Assembly (NCBI GenBank): GCA_965248265.1 | Contig: CBDFJF010000002.1 | Span: forward strand, 2,208,001 to 2,272,000 | Source of the DNA: Candidatus Latescibacterota bacterium | GTDB lineage: Bacteria; Latescibacterota; UBA2968; UBA8231 | Length of the DNA stretch: 64,000 bases | Direction of reading: 5' to 3' | Shown: positions 19,493-29,485 of the stretch, in pieces | Layout of the letters: every line of letters begins with the position of its first letter | Position numbering within the stretch: position 1 is the stretch's first letter | Position numbers and translations under genes: made by a program | Notes under the pieces: generated by a model | The model's input: the letters and a program-made list of their open reading frames with translations, nothing else | Database searches by the model: none | What the model was told of the DNA's origin: nothing

Positions 19493-19742
19493 ACGGATAG
19501 CAACGATTAGGGACCATTACCGATAGACCAAACCGGCGGTTGAGGGCTGCGTTGGGGCGATCGAGGTGTGGGTGGGATGGTTTGGCGGGGGATGAGTGTC
19601 GTGGTCGGGCGACGACCCTCACCCGCCCCCGCAAGCCCAAAGTACCCATCCCGTCCATCACAAAAGCTCAGATTTTCATTCAACACCAAGCCGCGCGGGC
19701 GATCTTGACTACCTGTAACGGGCCCTTATCGTTCTTATCCGT
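19493..19742. mobile_element. 250-bp MITE-like unit made of two outward-facing IS91-like oriIS ends (copies 3 and 4)
   Basis: Left end acggatagcaacgattagggaccattac; right end, reverse-complemented, acggataagaacgataagggcccgttac. The left half matches 22607..22735; the right half matches 55813..55922. Confidence 0.75.
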
Positions 19743-19786
19743 GATAGTCGAGACGAGCCGTGTAGCGGTGGCGGCGGGTCGAGCGG

Positions 19787-19966
19787 GCTTACAGCTACTG
19801 CGCCAGCAACGACCCTCGTGTCCACTGCGGGTTGGGAGCCGCGACGGTGGTGGACAAGGTCACCGTGTACTGGTCGGACGGCACCACGAGCGAATTCGGA
19901 CCTCTCGAGGTCGACGGACTCACGTCCTCCACCGAGACTAGGAGCCTGTCCGAGTATTCGCTTTGA
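19787..19966 (+). pseudogene. C-terminal ASPIC/UnbV (CRTAC1-like) domain fragment
   Basis: Unlisted frame reads AYSYCASNDPRVHCGLGAATVVDKVTVYWSDG. Confidence 0.75.
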
Positions 19967-20024
19967 CAGGCGGCATTACAGAATTCTCAGCGAAACAGGA
20001 GCCACGGCAGCTTCTGAAGCTCTC

Positions 20025-22601
20025 ATGGTATATCTGATATTCTTCATCTCCGGCATCAGCGGTCTCGTGTATCAGGTCATATGGATCCGGCAGTTTGGAT
20101 TGGTCTTCGGCAATACCATCTATTCGTCCTCCATCGTCATCGGCACGTTCATGCTGGGCCTCGGGCTTGGCAGCTATGTAATTGGCTCATTCGCCGACAA
20201 GAAGTACCGCCAGGGCCCCTCGCACGCATTGAAGCTGTACGCGATTTCGGAGGTCTTGATAGCCGGCCTCGGCCTGAGCATAGCCGTTTTGCTGCTCCAT
20301 CTGGAAGGGCTGTCGAGTACGATCACCGCCTACAGCACCGGAGAGCACGGTTGGCACTATGTCACCTTCTCATCCTATCTGATGAGGTATGTCATCGCGG
20401 TTGTCACCGTCTTTCCGATCACCTTTGTGATGGGAGGTACCCTTACCCTTCTCATCCGATTCTTGGTAAGAGCGAATCTCTTAAATGCGGGCTGGCATGT
20501 CGGTCTACTCTATGGATTGAACACGGCGGGTGCGGCTCTGGGTTGTATCCTCGTTGACTTCTTCGCCATCCCCAACTTCGGCCTGTTCAGTGCCCAGGCT
20601 CTCGCCGCCCTGCTCAATCTGATCGCGGCCCTCGGTGCCTTATGGATGTTGAGGATTCAACGGCGTGAGCCTCAAGATGATCCCAGCCGCGATGCTCCAG
20701 GCGAGACTTCGGTCCGCGGCGATCGAAATCGTTCATTCACCTTCGTCGTCGTAGCTATTGTCCTGTCCGGTTTTGCCGCCATGGGAATGGAGATCGTCTG
20801 GTTCCGATTCTTGACCAGCGCTGTCGGACAACTCCGATCCGTATACTCCATAGTGCTCATGGTCGTACTGATCGGAATCTGGATCGGGTCCATGGCTGGA
20901 GGACATCTCACGCGTGTCTTCAAAAGGCCCGCCGATCTGTACATCCTCTCTCAGTTGCTGTTCGCGTTGACCTCTCTGATCGCCTTCTTGATCGTCGACG
21001 GTGGCTCGTACGGATTCGATCAACGACATCTACGGTCATCGACCACCTTGACCCACATCTGGTCTATTCTGCATCCGACATTGGTGTTGATGTTTGTCCC
21101 GTCGGTGTTCATGGGAGTCGCGTTTCCTCTCGCGAATGCTATCGTCCAAGACAGTGAACACCAGGTCGGCCGCAGAGCCGGAGTGCTCTATCTGGCCAAT
21201 ACCCTCGGTGCTCTGGGTGGAAGCATTCTGTCGGGTTTCGCTCTGTTGCCCATGCTGGGGATGAAGTGGAGCATACTGACGCTCCTGACCGTGGCAGCTC
21301 TGGTTGCAATCCCGCTCCTCCTCCTCTCCGACTCGGAAGAGAAAAAGACCACACCGAGCAGAAGACCTCTCAAACCGGCCATGGTGATGCTGTCTGCGAT
21401 GCTGATCGCCGCTCTCGTAAAATGGTGCCTGCTTCCCGCTGACACTCTGCTCAAGAGCTCCGTGGCCAGGGAGGGCAAGTCGTACTTCAAGCATCCCTAC
21501 CTCGTGAAAACGAGCGAGGGCATCCTCGAAACCATCGTTATATTGAATTTGCCGCGCGGTGAAAGAGCCCTGATCACCAATGGACACCTCATGTCCAGTA
21601 CGAACCGGCAAACCCAGCGTTATATGAGGGCCTTTTCACACATTCCCCTGCTGCACCTGAGCGAACCCACGAACGCTCTGGTGATCTGCTTTGGTGTCGG
21701 GAACACGGCCCATGCGGCGGCCCTGCATCCATCCCTGACCAACATTGAGGTGGTCGAACTATCCAAGCATGTTCTCGAGCACGCAGGATACTTCAGGGAG
21801 GCCAATCAAGATGTCCTGAACGATCCCCGGGTTTCGGTATTCGTGAACGACGGGCGACAGCATTTGCGGATGCAGGAGCGTGACAAGTACGACCTCGTTA
21901 CTCTGGAACCCCCGCCGATCAAGCACGCCGGAACCGCTTCACTCTACTCCCGTGAATTTTTCGAGTTGGTCAGAAGTCGCCTCAAGTCCGGAGGATTCCT
22001 GACGCAGTATTTGCCACTGAGCCAACAGCCCGCACCCATCATCAAGTCGATGATCCGCTCCTTCGTCGATGTATTTCCACATACGATTATGCTTTCCGGT
22101 GCCACGAGCGAGTGTATTCTGGTCGGGCGGAAAGATGAAAGAATTGATCTCGAGCCGGCCTCAGTGAGTGCGAGAATAGCTCGAAACCCGAAGCTGCAGC
22201 AGGATCTGAGCAAGATACGGATCAACTCTCTGACTGACATCGCTGGTATGTTCGTAGCGGATTCCGAGTCGCTGTCGGAGGCGGTCGAAGATGTCGCGCC
22301 GGTTACCGACGATTTTCCCATCATGGAGTACGGCACGGCGGGCTCTCATGATCCAGCTCCGCCAATCGACCTGATCAAGACCTGGAGGGCCAAATCGTGG
22401 TGCGCCAGCTGCTATGAAGAAGGGAGTCCAATCCCGGAACTTGCCGACCTGGATATCTATCTCCGGCTGATACAGGCGGTATTCGCAGAAAAGGCGAGAG
22501 ACCCCACATCACCGAGTTATCTGTTGAAGATCGACAGTCCAAACATCATCAGAACCATCGAAAGCCATCCATTCCTGCAATCACTGTTCACCAAGAGATA
22601 G
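20025..22601 (+). CDS. Fused MFS-like membrane / spermidine synthase-like (SAM-dependent) protein
   Basis: FFISGISGLVYQVIWIR, LYGLNTAGAALG, ALVICFGVGNT, VVEL, NDGRQHL, YDLVTLEPPP, PVTDDFPIMEY; visibly lower GC than the flanks. Confidence 0.85.
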   Translation: MVYLIFFISGISGLVYQVIWIRQFGLVFGNTIYSSSIVIGTFMLGLGLGSYVIGSFADKKYRQGPSHALKLYAISEVLIAGLGLSIAVLLLHLEGLSSTITAYSTGEHGWHYVTFSSYLMRYVIAVVTVFPITFVMGGTLTLLIRFLVRANLLNAGWHVGLLYGLNTAGAALGCILVDFFAIPNFGLFSAQALAALLNLIAALGALWMLRIQRREPQDDPSRDAPGETSVRGDRNRSFTFVVVAIVLSGFAAMGMEIVWFRFLTSAVGQLRSVYSIVLMVVLIGIWIGSMAGGHLTRVFKRPADLYILSQLLFALTSLIAFLIVDGGSYGFDQRHLRSSTTLTHIWSILHPTLVLMFVPSVFMGVAFPLANAIVQDSEHQVGRRAGVLYLANTLGALGGSILSGFALLPMLGMKWSILTLLTVAALVAIPLLLLSDSEEKKTTPSRRPLKPAMVMLSAMLIAALVKWCLLPADTLLKSSVAREGKSYFKHPYLVKTSEGILETIVILNLPRGERALITNGHLMSSTNRQTQRYMRAFSHIPLLHLSEPTNALVICFGVGNTAHAAALHPSLTNIEVVELSKHVLEHAGYFREANQDVLNDPRVSVFVNDGRQHLRMQERDKYDLVTLEPPPIKHAGTASLYSREFFELVRSRLKSGGFLTQYLPLSQQPAPIIKSMIRSFVDVFPHTIMLSGATSECILVGRKDERIDLEPASVSARIARNPKLQQDLSKIRINSLTDIAGMFVADSESLSEAVEDVAPVTDDFPIMEYGTAGSHDPAPPIDLIKTWRAKSWCASCYEEGSPIPELADLDIYLRLIQAVFAEKARDPTSPSYLLKIDSPNIIRTIESHPFLQSLFTKR

Positions 22602-22606
22602 CCAAA

Positions 22607-23392
22607 ACGGATAGCAACGATCTCTTTAGGCCATTACCAATAGTCCAAAACGGCGGTTGAGTGCTTGGTTGGTGCGATTGGGGTGTGGGTGGGATGGTTT
22701 GGCGGGGGATGGGTGTCGTGGTCTGGCGACGACGGGCGCCCGGTGGGGAAGGTGGGGGCGGATTTTCTGCGATCTTAGCCGGTTTTGAGGCCGACGGATC
22801 AGAGCTGGACGCAGCCGTGCCCGGGCGCGCGGCCGTCGCATGTGCCGTGGCCTGGATTCAACCGCGCTGAACTCGAGCTTGGTTTGCGGCGGTGATCTCG
22901 GTGGCGCGATGGGTGGCGGTTGATCGGGCAGGACCCACGCCCTGCAGGTATCGACGAATGGAGGCGGGCTCGGTAAGGGCGGCGATGACCCGCATGCGTC
23001 CGCCACAGCGATCGCAGGTGCTGACGTCGATGGAAAAAACCCTCGCCAGCAGGACAGCCCACGCGAGTCTTTGCGGCATGTGGTGGGGGCACGGATCGCG
23101 GTCCTCGCCGCACGGCTCGGGGGGCTCCTGCTGCGGCACGATCTTGTCGCGGTCGCGGGCGCTGGGGGCGAGGATGCCATGATAGCGGATGAGATTGACC
23201 CGGGGTGGAGGCACGAGGGCGGCGAGTTTTTCCAGCAACTCATGGGGCGTGACACCGTGCACGGAGGCGGCGGTGAGGGCGGCCAGCAGGGGCTCCTAGT
23301 CGGCGAGGGGATCGGCCTGGGAATCGTCGAGCAGGCCGCGTTTGGTGCACAGCCGGATGACGCGACGAGCCGTGGTCTCGACGATCTGCCGC
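22607..23392 (-). mobile_element. IS91/ISCR-family (Y2 HUH) transposase relic with its oriIS end (copy 5)
   Basis: RRVIRLCTKRGLL..PLLAALTAASVHG joined to ELLEKLAALVPPPRVNLIRYHGILAP..WAVLLARVFSIDVSTCDRCGGRMRVIA; internal stop, deletion and frameshift; the minus strand ends gatcgttgctatccgt. Confidence 0.85.
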
Positions 23393-23426
23393 AGTGACCG
23401 GCGTCGCTCTTGGATTGAACGCTGCT

Positions 23427-24395
23427 TCAGTTTCCAACAGGTTCAGCAATGTGCCCGAATGTTTGCCCAAGTCGTGAGATCGCAGCCGGCGGCAGCGGGC
23501 CCTTCTCAATGATCTGCACGTCCTCCTCCAACTCGGCGGTCTCGATCGTACCGCACATGACGGTGGATACGGGGTCGGTATACGCTGCGTAGCGGTAAGC
23601 AGCCTCGACCAGCGACTTGCACTTCCCCAGTTCGAGCAACCAGCCCAGTGGGTCATCGTCCGGTATGGCGTTCTGGTCGAGAATTCTCCGCTGCTTCAAA
23701 TCGGAGAGAACCTCCTTCAGACGTGGCGGATTCCAAAACAAATTGCGCACGGTAAAGACATTGATCACACCGATGCTCTTTTCCTGGCAGAGAGGAAAAA
23801 CCGAATGGCGCGCAGATTGGTTGATCATGTTGTGGCCCACCATGGCGACTTCGATCCGATCGGTCGGCAGTATCCTTTGCAGCCATAGGTGCGCGCCGTC
23901 GGTGACTGTCTGTTCGCTGGAACCCAGGAAGCGGATTTTACCCTGCTGCTTGACCTTTTCCAGTTCAGGGATCAGCTCCTGGATCACCATGTCGAAATGC
24001 TCGGGTACGTCCGCTACGCCGATGAGCATGACATCGATATAATCCATGTTGAGGCGTCGCAGACTGTCCTCGACCGCCGGAGCCACGTCCGACGGTTTCA
24101 TGAAATTCACCTGCCCGTTGGGCATCGAACCAGCCAGGGCAATCTTCGTGGTGACGACAAGCTGATCGCGTGGCAGACTGGCCAGCGCGCGACCGAGTAC
24201 GTGTTCGCTGCGACCGGACCCATATCCGGGTGACGTGTCAAACAATCGGATCCCCAGGTCGAATGCGCGGTGCAACAGCGCTACCATCTCGGACTCCGGG
24301 CGGCCGCTTTCCGAGCCCAGCGGATCGTGGCCGCCGGTCCCCATGCCCAGTAACGATACCTTGAGTCCGGTCCTACCTAGCGAACGGTAGATCAT
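23427..24395 (-). CDS. Aldo/keto reductase
   Basis: YRSLGRTGLKVSLLGMGT, FDTSPGYG, VVTTK, EDSLRRLNMDYID, GKIRFLG; RBS ggagga. Confidence 0.9.
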   Translation of the reverse strand: MIYRSLGRTGLKVSLLGMGTGGHDPLGSESGRPESEMVALLHRAFDLGIRLFDTSPGYGSGRSEHVLGRALASLPRDQLVVTTKIALAGSMPNGQVNFMKPSDVAPAVEDSLRRLNMDYIDVMLIGVADVPEHFDMVIQELIPELEKVKQQGKIRFLGSSEQTVTDGAHLWLQRILPTDRIEVAMVGHNMINQSARHSVFPLCQEKSIGVINVFTVRNLFWNPPRLKEVLSDLKQRRILDQNAIPDDDPLGWLLELGKCKSLVEAAYRYAAYTDPVSTVMCGTIETAELEEDVQIIEKGPLPPAAISRLGQTFGHIAEPVGN

Positions 24396-24593
24396 CCTGA
24401 ATCCTCCTCCTGCGCTCCAGCGCCTTGACAGAGAATCGATTATAGGCCCTTATACTCCTGACGGTCGGAGCGCGAAACACAGATGCTGTGACGGTAAACG
24501 ACGACTTGGCGCACCTACGCGCCCCTCAAAGGTGATACGACACGCGGGCTGCAATGCGCATTGAATCACCCTATCTGTCTAGGAGAAAAGAGT

Positions 24594-25706
24594 TTGACTG
24601 ACCCGAACGCCGAAGGGAAGTACCGAGTCGGAGCCATAGGCATCGGCAGGAAAGGGGCCCAGCATGCGAGGGCCTACCGTATCCACCCGTCGACGAGGAT
24701 CGTCGCGGCCGCCGACAACGACGAAGAGAATCTGGAGATATTCTGCCGCAGGTTCAACATTCCCGGTTATGCCGACCACCGGGAGATGTTGGAGAAGGAA
24801 GAGCTAGATATCGCGGCCCCTGTCTTGCCGGTGCAGCCGAACCCGGCCGTTGTCCTGGACTGCGCCGAGGCAGGCGTCAAGGCCATCCTGTGCGAGAAGC
24901 CCATCGCCGCCAGCCTGGAGGACGCCGATCGCATGGTGGCCGCGTGCAAGTCGAGGGGCATTAAGTTCGGCTCCGGCGACCTCGACGTCAACCTGCCCGA
25001 TCATGCGAAAGCGCGAGGCATTATCGACTCGGGCGAACTCGGAGACGTGAAGAGCGTCACGTTCTACAGCGGCAGCGGCACTGAGATGTCGGGTGGGGGC
25101 TGCCAGCTATTCAGCCTCATGAGATTTTATGCCGGAAGCGTCGACGTGGCCTGGATGATAGGATGGGTTGCACACGACCCATGGAGCGACTACGACCAGG
25201 GCGGGGCGGGGTACGTGCGCTTCGTCAACGGCGTTGAGGGGTTCATCCACCGGGAGAGCGATTCCAGGACCGGCCTCGAAGTCGCTCTCACCGGAGGGGT
25301 CATCAGATACGCCGACACCATGGTCAGCATGTGGAAGGCCGATGGGTCGGGGGGGTATGACAAGGTCGATGCGGGGTTCCGCGAGACTCCCATGAGGACG
25401 AGCGCCTCCTATGAACCCGACGGCTGGAAGTGGCCCGGCGACAGAAACCTGGCGAGCGTTGATGGCACCGTCGACGCCCTGGAGAACGACACTGAGCCAA
25501 TAGGTAGCGGGGACAACGGGCGTCGCGTTCTGGAGATGGCCATCGCGATAAGGGAGTCCCACCGACAAGGGCACGCGCCCGTACGACTCCCTTTAGAGGA
25601 CCGCAGCCTGCGAATGATTCCCAGCCGGTCGCGCTGGCAGTACAAGAAGCCACAAATGGGTCGGGAGGCGTACATGAGCCAGATCGCTGCGCAGGTAAGG
25701 GACTGA
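24594..25706 (+). CDS. Gfo/Idh/MocA family oxidoreductase
   Basis: VGAIGIGRKG, CEKPIA, LEMAIAIRESHRQG; paralog of 412..1497; TTG start after aggag. Confidence 0.9.
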   Translation: MTDPNAEGKYRVGAIGIGRKGAQHARAYRIHPSTRIVAAADNDEENLEIFCRRFNIPGYADHREMLEKEELDIAAPVLPVQPNPAVVLDCAEAGVKAILCEKPIAASLEDADRMVAACKSRGIKFGSGDLDVNLPDHAKARGIIDSGELGDVKSVTFYSGSGTEMSGGGCQLFSLMRFYAGSVDVAWMIGWVAHDPWSDYDQGGAGYVRFVNGVEGFIHRESDSRTGLEVALTGGVIRYADTMVSMWKADGSGGYDKVDAGFRETPMRTSASYEPDGWKWPGDRNLASVDGTVDALENDTEPIGSGDNGRRVLEMAIAIRESHRQGHAPVRLPLEDRSLRMIPSRSRWQYKKPQMGREAYMSQIAAQVRD

Positions 25707-25886
25707 CGGAACACCATTCCCGTTGGCCGTAGCGGGCGCTTGTGCCGGATAATCGCCTTCAGCGAGAAAGGCGGAGAACGAGGATAGAATGGGTAGTATT
25801 CGTGCCCACGTCTTGAGTGCTCGCGTCAATCGTATTCGATCTTCCCTTCTCAACTGCTTAATTTCTCGAACTGAGGGGTATCCGCA

Positions 25887-27479
25887 ATGTCACCGTCGAC
25901 ATCAGTCACGACTAATTCGCTGACGGTTGCCATTCTCGCTTTTTTGTGCGCCTGTACTCAGGAGGTGGACCTCGGCGACTCCCGACGTCCGGACCTCGTC
26001 GAGTCAGTCCCGGGAACGACAGCCGCCGGGTCGGAGGATGCCGTCATCGCACTGCGCAGAAGCCTGATGGCTGCTCCGCTGTCCGTGACGCGACTCTATA
26101 TCACGGAGGACGCCACCGATCCGCGCCCACCCCCGGGAGGGATCTTGCGACTCAGAGCCCAAGTGCGGGCCGACTCCAGCAATCACCCGGCCCGATTTGC
26201 CCTTGCAGAAGCGTTGCGCCGGGACCGTGACTACGCAGGAGCCGAAGAGCACTACAGAGAGGCGATCCGTCTCAGGAGCGGCCATACCGAGTCTTACGTG
26301 GGCTTGGCGAGGCTGTTCATCTCATTGTCACGCGACGATGACGCCGCCGAGATCCTGGAGGCCGCCGCCAACGCCGCCGGACCAACCCTTGAATTTCACT
26401 CGCTTCGTGGCACCCTCGCCCTGCGGCTGGAGCGATACGATCAGGCTTTGGCTTCCTTCCATGAGGTCGTCGACATGGATCCGTCACGCGACCGCGCCCA
26501 CTACGATCTCGCCGGCGTCCTCGAACGTCAGGGTTCGATGTCCACCGCGATTTCCGCCCTGCGGCAGGGGCTGGCTCACATTCCCGGGAGTATAGAGCTG
26601 AGTCTGAGACTCGCCGAGCTGCTGGCAGCCACGGGAGACCACGATCAGGCCCTCGAGCAGCTGCGACAACTCATCGAGGCGAATCCTTTGACGCGCGCCT
26701 ACCTCGCCAGCGCCAGGATCCACCGGCAGCGTGGTGACATGAAGTCCGCTCGTGATGCGGTCGACGAGGGTCTCGAAATCGAATCCTCGTACGCTGACCT
26801 GATCGCCGAGCTCGGAATTCTACTCGTCGAGGAGGGAGAGGATGAGGAGGCGATCCCCCATCTCGAACGTGCCATCAGCAGCGATCCAGATCTGCTCCAG
26901 GCGTGCTCGGCCCTGGGCCTCGCTTACGAACGCACCGGTGATCTCCATCGGGCCCAGCTTGTCAAGGAATACACCGAACACCTGCGCGACCACAAAGAGG
27001 CGCTGCGCGCGCTCAAGACTTCGATTGCTCTGGACAAGCGTGACGCGGCCGCCTTTTTCGCCATCGGAGACCTCTACACCCACTTGGTGAGGCCTGTGGC
27101 GGCCGCTCAGGCGCTGGAGGTCGGCCTGCAGATCGTCCCCGACAACATCGAGGCGCTCAGCAACCTCGGACTCGTTTTTCTCAACCTCCAGCGGCTGCCG
27201 CGCGCTATCGAGACATACGAGAAGGTGATCGCCCTCGACTCGACCTCGGTGTCGGCCCATGCCAACCTCGCCAGCGCCCTCGCCGTCAGCGGTGAATCCG
27301 AGCGGGCGATCGCCGCATTCCAGCGCGCCCTGGCCCTGAAACCGGATTTAGCACCGGCACATCTGGGATTAGCCCGCCTCTATGAGAAGCTGGGGCGAGC
27401 GGAGGAAGCGCAGGCGGCCCGGTCCGAATTCGAAAGACTCGGAGAATCCGCTATGCGTGGGGCTGCCGAGGCTCCCTGA
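25887..27479 (+). CDS. Tetratricopeptide repeat protein, possible lipoprotein
   Basis: About 10 TPR repeats (ALSNLGLVF, AHANLASAL, AHLGLARLY); LCAC lipobox-like motif. Confidence 0.85.
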   Translation: MSPSTSVTTNSLTVAILAFLCACTQEVDLGDSRRPDLVESVPGTTAAGSEDAVIALRRSLMAAPLSVTRLYITEDATDPRPPPGGILRLRAQVRADSSNHPARFALAEALRRDRDYAGAEEHYREAIRLRSGHTESYVGLARLFISLSRDDDAAEILEAAANAAGPTLEFHSLRGTLALRLERYDQALASFHEVVDMDPSRDRAHYDLAGVLERQGSMSTAISALRQGLAHIPGSIELSLRLAELLAATGDHDQALEQLRQLIEANPLTRAYLASARIHRQRGDMKSARDAVDEGLEIESSYADLIAELGILLVEEGEDEEAIPHLERAISSDPDLLQACSALGLAYERTGDLHRAQLVKEYTEHLRDHKEALRALKTSIALDKRDAAAFFAIGDLYTHLVRPVAAAQALEVGLQIVPDNIEALSNLGLVFLNLQRLPRAIETYEKVIALDSTSVSAHANLASALAVSGESERAIAAFQRALALKPDLAPAHLGLARLYEKLGRAEEAQAARSEFERLGESAMRGAAEAP

Positions 27480-27558
27480 CCACTGCACGAAACCCGTAGC
27501 TATCTCGATCACTGATCTCGCCTGCCCACGAAACTGACGCTCTACCGACGAGGAAGAC

Positions 27559-29466
27559 ATGGAAAAAATCACCGCCACGGTACCCGTAACCGCCCCACCA
27601 TCATGGGCAGCCCAGCAGCGACTCCTGCTGCAGACCCTGGAGCAATCGGCGTATCCCTACTGGGATCGCTACGTCCGCGAGGACGGCGAGCTCTACTGGG
27701 ACGACCGTTTTGGCGGCGGCAGCCCCGACGATTTCTACGAGGCCTTCTTCAGCTGGCCCCTCGTCTACGCGATGGGCGGCGGTAATCACCTGTTGGAGAT
27801 GGCGCATCGCGGCTGGGAAGGCATCACGCGATTGCTCACCCGTTGCGGCACCGTGCACAAGGAGTACGCCCGGGGCGAAGACCAATTCCACCAGTCCGAA
27901 AGCGACATCTTTTTCTACCACCTGTGCATGGCCGATCCCAGTAACACCAGCCTACAGATTCGCGCCCGCCGCTTCGCCGGCCTCTATCTCAACGAAGACC
28001 CGGAGGCGATCAATTACGATCCGGAGCACAAGATTGTTCTCAGCCCGGTCAACGGATCTGGCGGTCCGCACTATCCTCCCGAGGGTTCCAAACCGGGTCT
28101 CTTCCGCGGCAGCGAGCGCTACGGTCTGCCCTCCTACGAGTTACCTGACGTGCAGTCATGGCAGGACACCGAGGACGACGACAAAGCGAGACGGCTGGGC
28201 GAAGTCATGCACGGACGCTGGGACAAGGGGGATGTCATTTCCAACCTCGGGCTCACCAGTCTGGCCACCAACGCCTTCCTGCTCACGGGCGAAGAGAAGT
28301 ACCGCGACTGGGTCATCGAGTACACGGACGCCTGGATCGAGAGGGCCCGCGCCAACGACTGGATGATCCCCGACAACGTCGGCCATTCCGGCAAGGTCGG
28401 CGAGTACATCGATGGCAAATGGTACGGCGGGAAGTACGGCTGGACCCGGTTCCACGGCTGGTACAACATCCAGATGACGGCGACGGATGCCGCCGCCAAC
28501 GCCTACCTGCTGACGCGCGACGACCGTTACCTGGAACTGCCTCGGCGCCAGCTCGACCGCATTCTCGAGCTCGGCGAGGTTCGTGACATCAGCAAGGAGC
28601 ACATGAGCCTGGACGTGCACTGGATCGGCCAGTTCATGGCCATGGGTGACAGAACCGAGACCTTGCTCGTCCCCTATCGCTACGGCGATTCCGGCTGGTT
28701 CGACTGGCAGCCTCCGTCACCTGTCTTCCTGGCCGCCCTGTGGAACCTCTCGATGGCGGACGAGGACTGGCAGCGCATCGAGCGCGTGCGCGAGGCCGAG
28801 GCCTACGACTGGAACGACGTCATCTCGTTCCGCAACAAGGAAGACGCCGGCCATGAGCCGCCCTGGTTGCGCTTTCTGGCTGGCGATAACCCCGATTATC
28901 CCGAACGCTCGCTGCAGGCGAGCTACCAGCAGGTCGCCTGGCGTGTGGCCCTGGTCCGCAATGATGACGAGGTCGGCACGCACATGAACGTCCACCGCTG
29001 GCAGGAGACCAATCCGGTTTCCTCCGAGGCCCTTATCCAGCAGACCCTGGGTGCCCCGCAACCGATCTACAACGGCGGCCTCCTCCACTGCCGGCTGCGC
29101 TACTTCGATTGCCTGGCCAAACGGCCGGGCTTACCGCAAGATGTAGCCGCCCTCGTCGAGAAAGTCGAAGCCGGCCGCACGGTCGTCCGACTCATCAACC
29201 TGAATCCACAGGAAAACCGCGAACTGATCGTGCAGGCGGGGGGTTACGGAGAGCACAGCTTCGGAGAGCTCGAGTTCAACGCCAGGACGAGCGACTACCC
29301 GGGGCCCACGACCGACTACGCGCCCAAACCGATCACGACGGAGAAGCGCAAAGTCGCCGTCAACGACAAGCATGTGCAGGTCGCGTTGCCTGCGGGAACC
29401 GAAATCAGTCTGGATTTGAGTACGCAGCGTTACGTCAACGAACCGACGTGTGGTGGGCCCTTCTGA
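27559..29466 (+). CDS. Conserved hypothetical protein (predicted alpha/alpha barrel + beta-sandwich; possible lyase/hydrolase)
   Basis: 635-aa ORF with strong GC3 codon bias and RBS gagga; DDFYE, IPDNVG, RPGLPQDVAALV motifs. Confidence 0.7.
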   Translation: MEKITATVPVTAPPSWAAQQRLLLQTLEQSAYPYWDRYVREDGELYWDDRFGGGSPDDFYEAFFSWPLVYAMGGGNHLLEMAHRGWEGITRLLTRCGTVHKEYARGEDQFHQSESDIFFYHLCMADPSNTSLQIRARRFAGLYLNEDPEAINYDPEHKIVLSPVNGSGGPHYPPEGSKPGLFRGSERYGLPSYELPDVQSWQDTEDDDKARRLGEVMHGRWDKGDVISNLGLTSLATNAFLLTGEEKYRDWVIEYTDAWIERARANDWMIPDNVGHSGKVGEYIDGKWYGGKYGWTRFHGWYNIQMTATDAAANAYLLTRDDRYLELPRRQLDRILELGEVRDISKEHMSLDVHWIGQFMAMGDRTETLLVPYRYGDSGWFDWQPPSPVFLAALWNLSMADEDWQRIERVREAEAYDWNDVISFRNKEDAGHEPPWLRFLAGDNPDYPERSLQASYQQVAWRVALVRNDDEVGTHMNVHRWQETNPVSSEALIQQTLGAPQPIYNGGLLHCRLRYFDCLAKRPGLPQDVAALVEKVEAGRTVVRLINLNPQENRELIVQAGGYGEHSFGELEFNARTSDYPGPTTDYAPKPITTEKRKVAVNDKHVQVALPAGTEISLDLSTQRYVNEPTCGGPF

Positions 29467-29485
29467 GAGTAGCCGCGACGACCTA

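Noticed and set aside
19731-19734. Reading the conserved GAAC/GTTC as an IS91 terIS or target tetranucleotide
   Set aside because: Similarity extends past GAAC to GGATA and aligns with the end downstream of the transposase, so these ends fit oriIS better.
19818-20024. N-terminal extension of the 927-aa ORF
   Set aside because: It overlaps the ASPIC/UnbV fragment in another frame; family-like sequence begins near ATG 20025.
24425-24456. Sigma-70 promoter TTGACA...TATACT
   Set aside because: The spacer is 20 bp, longer than the canonical 16-18; not supportable.
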